A stretch of DNA of 33,135 nucleotides from an uncultured Erysipelotrichaceae bacterium. GTDB taxonomy: Bacteria; Bacillota_I; Bacilli_A; RFN20; CAG-288. The notes beneath the pieces were generated by a model. The model saw only the letters and a program-made list of their open reading frames with translations. It did no database searches and had not been told where the DNA came from. The stretch spans positions 1 to 33,135 of the forward strand of contig CACYDF010000095.1 of the NCBI GenBank assembly GCA_902773085.1, read 5' to 3'. The position numbers and the translations under genes were made by a program. Shown piece by piece: positions 1 through 8,620 of this stretch. The first letter of the stretch is position 1, and each line of letters starts with the position of its first letter.

Positions 1-35
1 AACGTAGATTTGGTAAAATAAGTAGTCGATAAAAT

Positions 36-1133
36 ATGTCAGTAAATAAGATTTCAAGTGCTCAACGCCAAGATTCAAAAATAAGAGTTTTAACTTCGAT
101 CGCTTTAATCGGAGCTATTATTCCTACTACTTTATTTGGTGGCTATTTTTTCTTATTTCTGATTATCTTCCTTTGCTTTTTTGGTACAAAAGAAATATTA
201 GAAGTTCCTGGAAAAACTAAATATACTCCTGTTACAAAAGTAGTAGTTTTTCTTTTTGTTTTTTCATTTATTTTTTGGACAATTATTAAGGCCAGTTTAA
301 TTAACGAAGAAGTCTTTTCTCGAGCAAGTATTGCTCTATCAGAAATGAGTGTTTCTCTTCTTGCTATAATGCTATATTTCTTCATCTTATTTTTTATTGC
401 TATTGTTGATAAAAGAGTCCAGTTAATTGATGTTACTTTTCTATTTACTTCTGGACTAATTTTGGCTCTAGGATTTCAGTCAATGTTATACCTAAGATTG
501 TTCCCAAATAGTGCAGGTTTAGATTTCCTTTCCAATACTAAAGTTTCTACTTCTTTTGGTGAAACAACATACGGAAATTATTTTAAAGATTATTATGCTT
601 CAGTTGTCGGATCAAAGGGCCAAGATTTAGCAAGTTCAGTCTTACTTGGATTTACATTTATTGGAGTATGGATGAGTGATGTTGGAGCTTACTTTACTGG
701 TATGCTTTTTGGTAAACATCGAATGAATCCAAGAATCTCTCCACATAAGACTTGGGAAGGCTTTTTTGGTGGAATAATTGTATCAGTAATTTTTTCTATT
801 TCTGCTGCTGCAATAATGGAATTTGCTTTTAAACTACCTCTAATTCCTGGCCTTGTTCAATTTAGTTATTCTCCACTTCTTGCTAAGATGCATGTCTTTG
901 GTGGATATAGTTTTATTAATATAATTCTTCTTGCTTTATTAATGCCTACTGTCGGTGCATTAGGAGGCCTTGCATTCTCCTTAATTAAAAGAACTTATGG
1001 CATTAAAGATTTTGGAAAAATATTCCCTGGACATGGTGGAGTTATTGATCGATTTGACTCTGTCTTATTCTCTTCTATTGCTATGTCAATTCTAATTCAA
1101 TTTTCTGCAAATGGCTGGAGCTTTTTAGTGTGA
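36..1133 (+). CDS. cdsA: phosphatidate cytidylyltransferase
   Basis: Polytopic membrane protein with CTP_transf_1 motifs SDVGAYFTG, ISPHKTWEG and KDFGKIFPGHGGVIDRFDS; cdsA-dxr-rseP synteny. Confidence 0.95.
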   Translation: MSVNKISSAQRQDSKIRVLTSIALIGAIIPTTLFGGYFFLFLIIFLCFFGTKEILEVPGKTKYTPVTKVVVFLFVFSFIFWTIIKASLINEEVFSRASIALSEMSVSLLAIMLYFFILFFIAIVDKRVQLIDVTFLFTSGLILALGFQSMLYLRLFPNSAGLDFLSNTKVSTSFGETTYGNYFKDYYASVVGSKGQDLASSVLLGFTFIGVWMSDVGAYFTGMLFGKHRMNPRISPHKTWEGFFGGIIVSVIFSISAAAIMEFAFKLPLIPGLVQFSYSPLLAKMHVFGGYSFINIILLALLMPTVGALGGLAFSLIKRTYGIKDFGKIFPGHGGVIDRFDSVLFSSIAMSILIQFSANGWSFLV

Positions 1134-2308
1134 AAGATTTAGTCCTTCTTGGTGCTACTGGTTCTATTGGTAGACAGGCTTTAGACATATTAAAATATTC
1201 ATATGAATACGATTTAGTCGGGTTAACATTTTCTTCTAATTATAACAAGATTGAAGAATATTTACTCTATTTTCCTAATCTAAAATATGTCGGAATCATT
1301 GATGAAAATGCTGGAAAAGAATTTCAAAATAAGTATAAAAATTATAAAGTAATTATCGGAAAAGATGCTAATATAAAAATACTTGAATTAAATAAAGAAT
1401 CAGTTGTTTTAAATTCTATTTTAGGTAATGATGGATTAGTGCCAACACTAGTGGCACTAAAGCAAAATCAAGTACTGCTTTTATCAAATAAAGAATCGCT
1501 TGTTATTGGTTCTTATTTAGTTAATCCTATTAGAAAAAAATCTAAATCTAAAATATATCCAATCGATTCTGAACATGTTGGTTTGTATAAATTACTTAAT
1601 CAAATAAAAGAAGAAAAAAGGAACAAAAAAGATATTGAATCTTATGTCATTACAGCTAGTGGTGGTGCACTAAGAGATAAAGAAAAAAGAGACTTAAAAA
1701 ATGTAAAACCTGAAGAAGTTTTATCTCATCCCACTTGGAATATGGGAAATAAAATAACCATCGATTCTGCAACATTAATTAACAAAGCATATGAAGTAAT
1801 TGAAGCTAGTGTTTTATTTAATATTCCTATTAAAAAAATTAAGCCACTAATATGTCGAAGTTCTCTAATTCATGCATCAATTATTTTTAAAGATAAAAGT
1901 CAAATATTTGAACTTTCTCCTGTTGATATGAAAGTTGCAATTTCTTTTGCTTTATCTTTTGGAAAAACTAAGGCTCATAAGATTAATTTTGATGAAGAAA
2001 AAATGCTTAAAGAAAACACTTTAGAAGAGATAGATTTTTCTTTTTATCCTTGCTTTAAACTTACTCTAAATATGTATAAAAAATTTGGTAATGTTGGTAT
2101 GATTTTTTTCAATGCTTTAGATACTAAATTGATCGATGAATTTATTGCGAATAATATTCCTTTTACTGATATATATTTAGGACTAAAATATTTGTATTTA
2201 AACTTCAATATTAAGGAAGAATTAACTGAAGAAAATATTGATAAAATTTCAACTGATGCAATTAAATATGCAAACAAAATAATAGCAAATAAGGAATATA
2301 AAAAATGA
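1130..2308 (+). CDS. dxr: 1-deoxy-D-xylulose-5-phosphate reductoisomerase
   Basis: Motifs LLGATGSIG, NKESLV, PIDSEH, TASGG and HPTWNMGNKITIDSATLINK. The GTG start overlaps the cdsA TGA stop. Confidence 0.95.
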   Translation: MKDLVLLGATGSIGRQALDILKYSYEYDLVGLTFSSNYNKIEEYLLYFPNLKYVGIIDENAGKEFQNKYKNYKVIIGKDANIKILELNKESVVLNSILGNDGLVPTLVALKQNQVLLLSNKESLVIGSYLVNPIRKKSKSKIYPIDSEHVGLYKLLNQIKEEKRNKKDIESYVITASGGALRDKEKRDLKNVKPEEVLSHPTWNMGNKITIDSATLINKAYEVIEASVLFNIPIKKIKPLICRSSLIHASIIFKDKSQIFELSPVDMKVAISFALSFGKTKAHKINFDEEKMLKENTLEEIDFSFYPCFKLTLNMYKKFGNVGMIFFNALDTKLIDEFIANNIPFTDIYLGLKYLYLNFNIKEELTEENIDKISTDAIKYANKIIANKEYKK

Positions 2309-3657
2309 CTTTCTTATATGTCCTGCTTTTTTTAGTTTTGCTATCCATTGTTGTCTCTTTGCATGAACTAGGTCACTATTCCATTGCAAGTATATTCAAT
2401 GTCTACTGCGCAGAATTTTCAATTGGTTTTGGACCAAAAATTTTTAGAAAAAGATTTAAATATAAAAGAAAAAAACCTTTATTTAACTCTCCAAATATTG
2501 AACCTGAAAGAATCTTACCTTGTCGAAATCCAAACTATGAATATATTCAATCAGAGACTTATTTTTCTGTAGGTGTCATTCCTCTTGGTGGATATGTATT
2601 AATGGCCGGAGAACAAAATATAGATTTGTTAAATAAAGAAATTCCTGTTGAAAGAACTATTGAAGGAATTAATCATTTAAAACAAATAATGATTTTTTTA
2701 GCAGGAGTATTTACTAACTTTCTTTTAGCTCTTGTTCTTTTATTTGTTAATTATTCTTCTGTTAAACAAGTAATATCCTTAGGTGATAAATCTAATGAAG
2801 TTATGGTTAGTGAATCATCCTTAATAAGTGAAAAAGGTATTTCTTCTTATGATCGAATCTTATATGCATATCAAGAATATCATAATCTAGAGGGTTCTTC
2901 AGATATCTTTTATTTTCCTCAAAACGGATATGGAGAAAAACTAGATAAATATTTAACATATAAAGAAGGAACTTCTTATCTTTCCCCAACTTGCGTGTCT
3001 TATGCAGTTCAAGATTGTTTCTTATATAAATATTATTCTTCACTTGATTCTAGTCATTATTCATATCCAGAAGAAATTAAAAATTATTCAGTTAAATATG
3101 ATTCATATCGATTAGTCCATATAAAGTATCAAAAACAAAATAGTGATGATATTTTAGAAACATCCATTAAATGTTTAACTCAAGAAACACAAGTTGGAAA
3201 TGAAAAGATTAAATCTTTTCAACTCCTTGGTATTTCTCCTTTAACTAAAGAAGAAAGACTCGGAATAAAACAAGCTTTTATTACAACTGGTTCTCAGTTT
3301 GGTAATCTTTTTACTTCATTATATAAAGGACTTTTTTCAATCTTTACCCCAACAGGTTGGAAACAAACTGGAGGAATCATAGCAGTTTATCAAGTAACAA
3401 CAGATGCTTTTAAATCTAGTGATATAAGTTACTTCTTATTAATCTGGGCATATATATCTATTAATCTTGGTTGCTTTAATCTTCTTCCATTTCCCGGACT
3501 TGATGGATGGCAATGTTTTATTGCTTTAACTGAAACAGTAACACGAAGAAAAATATCTTTAAAAGTTAGAGGAATAATTAATGCCATTGGTTTAATCTTA
3601 TTATTTGCTTTTGCTGGACTACTAATTGTTAAAGATATAATTAGGTTTATTATTTAA
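2305..3657 (+). CDS. rseP: RseP/RasP-family site-2 (M50) intramembrane zinc metalloprotease
   Basis: HELGH zinc motif, FSIGFGP, IPLGGYV and NLLPFPGLDG; follows dxr. Confidence 0.9.
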   Translation: MTFLYVLLFLVLLSIVVSLHELGHYSIASIFNVYCAEFSIGFGPKIFRKRFKYKRKKPLFNSPNIEPERILPCRNPNYEYIQSETYFSVGVIPLGGYVLMAGEQNIDLLNKEIPVERTIEGINHLKQIMIFLAGVFTNFLLALVLLFVNYSSVKQVISLGDKSNEVMVSESSLISEKGISSYDRILYAYQEYHNLEGSSDIFYFPQNGYGEKLDKYLTYKEGTSYLSPTCVSYAVQDCFLYKYYSSLDSSHYSYPEEIKNYSVKYDSYRLVHIKYQKQNSDDILETSIKCLTQETQVGNEKIKSFQLLGISPLTKEERLGIKQAFITTGSQFGNLFTSLYKGLFSIFTPTGWKQTGGIIAVYQVTTDAFKSSDISYFLLIWAYISINLGCFNLLPFPGLDGWQCFIALTETVTRRKISLKVRGIINAIGLILLFAFAGLLIVKDIIRFII

Positions 3658-3720
3658 AGCTTTATTGTACTTTAAAATTACTAAATATCTAAACTAAAAA
3701 CTATGTACTTATATTAGAGT

Positions 3721-3746
3721 GTCTCAAAAAGTATAGTTTTTGGCAC
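3721..3746. repeat. 26-bp imperfect dyad, serine-recombinase-type site S1 (GTCTCAAAAAGTATAGTTTTTGGCAC)
   Basis: Imperfect palindrome with a central AT dinucleotide. Its reverse complement matches 3826-3851 at 21/26 positions. Confidence 0.7.
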
Positions 3747-3778
3747 AAGTTGTTTTAAATAAAAAAAGGCGTGCAATA

Positions 3779-3807
3779 TTGATAAAACTATACAAAAATC
3801 GTATAAT
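3779..3807 (+). promoter_or_regulatory. sigma70/sigmaA promoter for the XRE-lipoprotein operon
   Basis: TTGATA (3779-3784), 17-bp spacer, TATAAT (3802-3807). It lies between sites S1 and S2. Confidence 0.75.
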
Positions 3808-3825
3808 TTAGAACGAAAAATAGGA

Positions 3826-3851
3826 GTACCAAAAACTATAAGTTTTGGAAC
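3826..3851. repeat. 26-bp imperfect dyad, serine-recombinase-type site S2 (GTACCAAAAACTATAAGTTTTGGAAC)
   Basis: Imperfect palindrome with a central AT. It is an inverted copy of S1, with centres 105 bp apart. Confidence 0.7.
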
Positions 3852-3947
3852 TTTTTATTTAATTCTACTTTTTGGCGAGTCATTCTCTTAATTGGTTATT
3901 TACAAAATAACTAATTAAAAATATTATTTCTAGGAGGAGATATTATT

Positions 3948-4886
3948 ATGACTTTTGGAGAGAAGTTAAAACAATTGCGTACTGAGAAAGGTATTACACA
4001 AAATGATTTGGCAGAAAAACTCTATGTTACCTTTCAAACAGTTAGCAAGTGGGAAAATGATGTAAATCAACCAGATATTCCAACCTTAAAAAAGATTGCT
4101 CTTTTTTTTAATTGCTCAATTGATTATCTTCTTGATATTGATTCCAAAAGTAATAATCAGAGTGATAAAGTAAAATGTTCTCTTTGTAATAAAGAAATTC
4201 TCCCTAATGAAAACAAACACAAGATAGCAAGAAATAATCCTGATGGAAGTGAAATGACACTAGTTTTATGTGATTCTTGTTATAGTAAGACACATAATCA
4301 AAATAACCAATCACAACAATCAATAAATATCTTTCCTATTGGATTTCAAAATAAATCTCAAGAAACTAAATCATATTCTCAAGAAAACAAATCTAAGTTA
4401 AATCCAATTGAACCGACAATTAATAAACCAAAGGAAGAGAAATTAGTCCCTGAAGTAAAAGGAAAACATAGACTTTCTAATAGGGATGATAAAGTTCCTC
4501 TAATTTGGAGTATTGTTCTTGGTATTATTGCATTAATAGTAGTAATTGTTGTTAGTGCAGTCACTAGTAATTTTTCAGGTGCAACTATTGGTGTTGCTCT
4601 AGGTGTAGGATACACTACTACAGCAACAATATATTGTATATTCTCAGCATCATATATAAGTGATGTGTTTTTAGAAATATCAAGTTGGACTATTAAATTT
4701 CCTGGGTTAATTTTTTCTTGGGATTTAGAAGGTTTTGCTTGGCTTATAGGTATGAAAATACTTTTTGCAGTTCTTGGCTTCTTAGCTGGAGTTGCAGTGA
4801 CTGTACTTGCTATTGCAGTTTCAGCCTTTTTATCTATATTTTCTTTTATACCAGTGTTGATATCAAATCGAAGAAATTCATTTTAA
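3948..4886 (+). CDS. XRE-family HTH regulator with CxxC...CxxC zinc-finger-like module and C-terminal transmembrane domain
   Basis: N-terminal HTH_3 (LKQLRTEKGITQNDLAEKLYVTFQTVSKWE), CSLC...CDSC, a Q/N/K-rich linker and several hydrophobic helices. Strong AGGAGG RBS. Confidence 0.85.
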   Translation: MTFGEKLKQLRTEKGITQNDLAEKLYVTFQTVSKWENDVNQPDIPTLKKIALFFNCSIDYLLDIDSKSNNQSDKVKCSLCNKEILPNENKHKIARNNPDGSEMTLVLCDSCYSKTHNQNNQSQQSINIFPIGFQNKSQETKSYSQENKSKLNPIEPTINKPKEEKLVPEVKGKHRLSNRDDKVPLIWSIVLGIIALIVVIVVSAVTSNFSGATIGVALGVGYTTTATIYCIFSASYISDVFLEISSWTIKFPGLIFSWDLEGFAWLIGMKILFAVLGFLAGVAVTVLAIAVSAFLSIFSFIPVLISNRRNSF

Positions 4887-4912
4887 TAAGTTTTATATAG
4901 GAGGGAAATGAA

Positions 4913-6502
4913 ATGAAAAAAACTTTATTATTAACCGCATTATTTGCTCTTACTTCTTTTGCAGCCTGTTCAAATGGTGAGACAGCTGAGACCAGTAAAA
5001 AAGAAGTGTTGCCTACTGCAGCACAATTAGTTAAGGCACGACAAAGATCTTCAACGACAGTTGATAGTCAGGGATATGATTTTAATTTACAACTAGTTGC
5101 CGATGCTTCTTTTGCTGGTTTAAGTAAAACACTAACTGGTAACTACAACTGCCAGTTTAGGAAAAAAACAAGTGATAATACGTTAAACTTTAAACGTACA
5201 ACAAGTGGAGATTTACTTTTTGATTCAACTAAATACATTATTTGCAAAGGTGATAGTAAGATTGCTTTAAAGTATAATGACGAAGGTGAATTTAAAAAGA
5301 GCTCTGTTGCTCAAAATGATATTGATGTAGATTTACTTAATCTTCCTTTTGAAAAATTCATGGATTCATTACAGGATTCTGATATATCAAGCGTTGAAAC
5401 AAATGATAAATCAGGATATAAATATAAATCAAGAGTTAAACTAAGTTCAGAAAACAAATATTTAGAGCCTGTTCTTTCTCTTATTGGTAGTATGGGACCT
5501 AAGATTAAAATTAAAGGTGCTGAGTTTGATAATCTTGCAAATGGTATTGATTTAAATTTCAATATGAACAGTGACTATTCATCTCTTGAAGGATTTTCTT
5601 TCTCCTTCAATCTAAAATTCCCGTTTGCTATTAAAGGTAAACAAGGTAATGCAGGATTTACTCTAACTTATTCTCAAAAACTTGCCTCTTCTGATATTTC
5701 TATTCCAGACGATTCAAATATTAAAATAAAAGAAAGTGAAATTACTCCTATTATTAACAAAATTAATAGTAGTATTGATGCATATAAAGCTAATAACACT
5801 TATTCACTAGGAATCGAAGCAAAAAACGAACTTGATCCTGCATGGAATAAACTTGCGATTAAGGATTCATATACTGCATTAATGTATAAAAATGGTGATG
5901 CTTTTAATCACTCTTATAAATATAAAACTCATACAGAAGAAGATGGAAAAGAAAACTTTAAATACATCATTGGTAATTTAACTGACAATACTGTTCATAA
6001 AGTTAAAGTAAAAACTTTAGCAAACGAAGATGTTGGCACAGTCTCTAACATTACAGCTAATTCTCAATATGAATATTTAACTAACAATTTTAAACTTAAT
6101 ATTTCAGATGTGGATTGCATTAAAGAAGAGAAAAAAGATACTAAGACTACATATACCCTATTTTTAAGTAACGCTGAAACTTATAACATTCAAAACAAGA
6201 TATTAGCTTATGTAAACTCTAATAATGAAGAAGGAGTAATTAAAGCCAACAACTATTTTGATAGTGCTGAAAATACTATCCGTAAATCTAAGTTTAATAT
6301 TACTTATGATGGGGATGAATTAAAAGAAATTATTTGCAAAACAAAATTATCGTATGCTCCAACTGATGGAGATTACATTGGTTACAATGTGACCTTAGAT
6401 AACATCCTTAAAGCTTCCTTTAACGAAAAATTAAATGCTGCAAGTAGTTATGAGAAAGCATCAAAGGCTACCCTTGTTGGTGGGTTAAAATATTTGCTCT
6501 AA
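4913..6502 (+). CDS. putative lipoprotein of unknown function
   Basis: Signal peptide with lipobox FAA-C (MKKTLLLTALFALTSFAAC); GGAGG RBS; the rest of the protein is soluble. Confidence 0.8.
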   Translation: MKKTLLLTALFALTSFAACSNGETAETSKKEVLPTAAQLVKARQRSSTTVDSQGYDFNLQLVADASFAGLSKTLTGNYNCQFRKKTSDNTLNFKRTTSGDLLFDSTKYIICKGDSKIALKYNDEGEFKKSSVAQNDIDVDLLNLPFEKFMDSLQDSDISSVETNDKSGYKYKSRVKLSSENKYLEPVLSLIGSMGPKIKIKGAEFDNLANGIDLNFNMNSDYSSLEGFSFSFNLKFPFAIKGKQGNAGFTLTYSQKLASSDISIPDDSNIKIKESEITPIINKINSSIDAYKANNTYSLGIEAKNELDPAWNKLAIKDSYTALMYKNGDAFNHSYKYKTHTEEDGKENFKYIIGNLTDNTVHKVKVKTLANEDVGTVSNITANSQYEYLTNNFKLNISDVDCIKEEKKDTKTTYTLFLSNAETYNIQNKILAYVNSNNEEGVIKANNYFDSAENTIRKSKFNITYDGDELKEIICKTKLSYAPTDGDYIGYNVTLDNILKASFNEKLNAASSYEKASKATLVGGLKYLL

Positions 6503-7100
6503 TTCTTTTCATCCTATACTCACTAACTAATCTAAAGAAAGAACTACGAGATATTCCAATTATATTAATAGCTTCTTTACTATTAATATTGTTACTAAAA
6601 TATTTCTTTAAAGTAATAAAGGTGTTAGATGGCAATTCCTTTTTTGGTCTACCGAATTTGACACCTTTTTCTTTTGCAATCCTGATTCCTTCTAATTGCC
6701 TTTCTTTAATATTATTTCTTTCATTTTCTGCAACAAAAGAAAGAACTTGTAAAACAATATCTGAAATAAACTTCCCTACTAAGTTTTTACCTTTAATTCT
6801 TGTATCAAGTAAAGGCATATCAAGAACTTTTATATCTGCACCAATTTTCTTAGTAATTCTAGACCATTCTTCTAAAATCATATGATAGTTTCTTCCTAGT
6901 CTATCAATTGATTTAACTATTAACAGATCATCTCTTTTTAATCTTCTAATTAATCGTTGATAGTTAGTCCTATCAAAATCTTTTCCTGATTCTTTATCAA
7001 TATAGATGAATCTTTCATCTATATCCAATTCTTTAATCTCTTCATATTGTCTATCAATATTTTGATTCTTTGTTGAGACTCTAATATAAGCATATGTCAT
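6468..7100 (-). CDS. small serine recombinase (resolvase/invertase family)
   Basis: YAYIRVST with catalytic Ser9, DKESGKDFDR, VKSIDRLGRN, ERNNIKERQLEGI, GRP and a C-terminal HTH; GGAGGA RBS. Confidence 0.95.
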   Translation of the reverse strand: MTYAYIRVSTKNQNIDRQYEEIKELDIDERFIYIDKESGKDFDRTNYQRLIRRLKRDDLLIVKSIDRLGRNYHMILEEWSRITKKIGADIKVLDMPLLDTRIKGKNLVGKFISDIVLQVLSFVAENERNNIKERQLEGIRIAKEKGVKFGRPKKELPSNTFITLKKYFSNNINSKEAINIIGISRSSFFRLVSEYRMKRIRANILTHQQG

Positions 7101-7162
7101 ATTTATTCCTCCATTAATAATATGTTTATTACAAAGAAATATTATGACAAGAAATTAAAAAA

Positions 7163-7188
7163 GTACCAAAGAATATATATTTATTACA
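7163..7188. repeat. degenerate third recombinase-type site S3 (GTACCAAAGAATATATATTTATTACA)
   Basis: Matches S2 at 17/26 positions in direct orientation with the same central AT. It lies about 60 bp upstream of the recombinase start, where res/autoregulatory sites are usually found. Confidence 0.45.
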
Positions 7189-7266
7189 GTCCATTATTAG
7201 ATTATGATTCTCAATTTAGATAATTATCAATACTGTTGTATAGTAATGCATTAATTTAATATATTT

Positions 7267-7331
7267 TGATGCAAATTATCTGCACTTTTACTTGAAAATT
7301 TGCATCATTTATAATATTATTAGTGCAGATA
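7267..7331 (+). promoter_or_regulatory. promoter with two interleaved inverted repeats upstream of the Fic remnant
   Basis: TTGAAA(7292)-N17-TATTAT(7315). Inverted repeats TGATGCAAATT/AATTTGCATCA (7267-7277, 7297-7307) and TATCTGCACT/AGTGCAGATA (7277-7286, 7322-7331). Confidence 0.5.
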
Positions 7332-7349
7332 GAAAATTAAATAACTGAT

Positions 7350-7743
7350 ATGAGAAACTTTGATTATTCATTCCTTAAAGACTTAAAAGTTCCTTCTAAT
7401 TTTTTAACATTGACTAGTATTATTTATTCTATAAAAAAAGAAGAAGAGCAAAGAAAAAAAGAGTATCCAAATATTTTTACTAATCTTCAAAAAATAGCAA
7501 TTATTCAATCTGTTAAAGAAAGGCAGTAATGCTATTGAAGGAATTATTACTAGTGATAAAAGGATTGAAAAAGTTGTTCTTTCTTCTATAATTACAATTT
7601 CTAAAAAACAAATTAAAGAACTATTACCAGATATTTCAATTTCAACAATTGAAAGAGTTTTATCTAATCTAATATCTGAAAACAAGATTTCTAAAATAGG
7701 TACTACAAATAAGGCTAGATACTTTAGAGTAAATAAAAAGTGA
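7350..7743 (+). pseudogene. Fic-family pseudogene (4-bp duplication plus deletion of the catalytic domain)
   Basis: Reads MRNFDYSFL...AIIQSVK then GSNAIEGIITSDKRIE, the Fic N-terminal SxxIEG motif, across an AAAG duplication at 7515-7522. It is fused directly to a C-terminal winged HTH (ISKKQIKELLPDISISTIERVLSNLISENKISKIG). No HPFxxGNGR motif. Confidence 0.8.
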
Positions 7744-7822
7744 TTCGTTTAACAAAAGCATTTTTCAATAATAATCACTAATAGCAAAGCTAACAAAATA
7801 TTTATGTGAATTTTGAATAAAA

Positions 7823-7851
7823 TGTCAAGTTTTTATAAAATTTACTTGACA
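7823..7851 (+). promoter_or_regulatory. inverted-repeat operator overlapping the -35 box of the AbiE operon
   Basis: TGTCAAGT (7823-7830) and ACTTGACA (7844-7851). The right arm contains a perfect TTGACA -35. Confidence 0.55.
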
Positions 7852-7891
7852 AAATACTACATAGAAATAATAATATATTTAGAATTTAATT

Positions 7892-8620
7892 ATGGGTAAA
7901 ATAAGTAAAAAAGTATTATCAGAGATTAAGAAATATTCACCTAACCAATTAATTATGGCTAGTGAGCTTTATCGTGATAGATTTTCTAGTGATATGAGTG
8001 AAACTGCTTTTGCTAAACTTATAAGTAGACTTTGCCTTTCTGGAAAAATAGAAAGAATATCCAAAGGTATCTACTGTATACCTGAAGATACTAGTTATGG
8101 AAAGATACTTCCTTCAGAAAGTGAAATAGTTAAACTATATACTAAAAATGAAAACGGAGTAGTTATCGGCTATGAGATGTATAACTATTTTGGAATAACA
8201 ACTCAAATTGCAAAACTATTCGAAGTTTATTCTTCATCTATTGATGAAAAAGAAAAGAATATTGGTAATGTTAAAATTAAAAAATATAACTTGCATTACA
8301 ATCAAAAAACTAAATCCATGATTTATATTCTTGAACTTTTATATAACTATAAACATATACAAGATTTAAATACAAACATTTTCGTTAAAGAAATAGAAAG
8401 GCTTTTAAATGGATATGATGAAAAAGTATTTGAAGTAGTTCAAAAAGAAATTAAGTATCCAAAATGGGTAATAGCTTTTTTATATGAAGCATTAGAGTAC
8501 TACCATATATCCAATAAGTTGAATAGATACTTATCATCTTTTTCAACTTATTCAATTCCAAAAATGAGAGATCTATATGAATCTGCACGACAAGAAAGAG
8601 AAGTTTTCAATTTTAATTAA
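7892..8620 (+). CDS. AbiEi-like type IV antitoxin / winged-helix regulator (DUF6088-like)
   Basis: N-terminal wHTH (ISRLCLSGKIERISKGIYC) and GYEMYNYFGITTQ; overlaps the downstream AbiEii gene. Confidence 0.8.
   Translation: MGKISKKVLSEIKKYSPNQLIMASELYRDRFSSDMSETAFAKLISRLCLSGKIERISKGIYCIPEDTSYGKILPSESEIVKLYTKNENGVVIGYEMYNYFGITTQIAKLFEVYSSSIDEKEKNIGNVKIKKYNLHYNQKTKSMIYILELLYNYKHIQDLNTNIFVKEIERLLNGYDEKVFEVVQKEIKYPKWVIAFLYEALEYYHISNKLNRYLSSFSTYSIPKMRDLYESARQEREVFNFN

Noticed and set aside
7404-7685. 93-aa minus-strand ORF from the track
   Set aside because: Antisense shadow of the Fic pseudogene.
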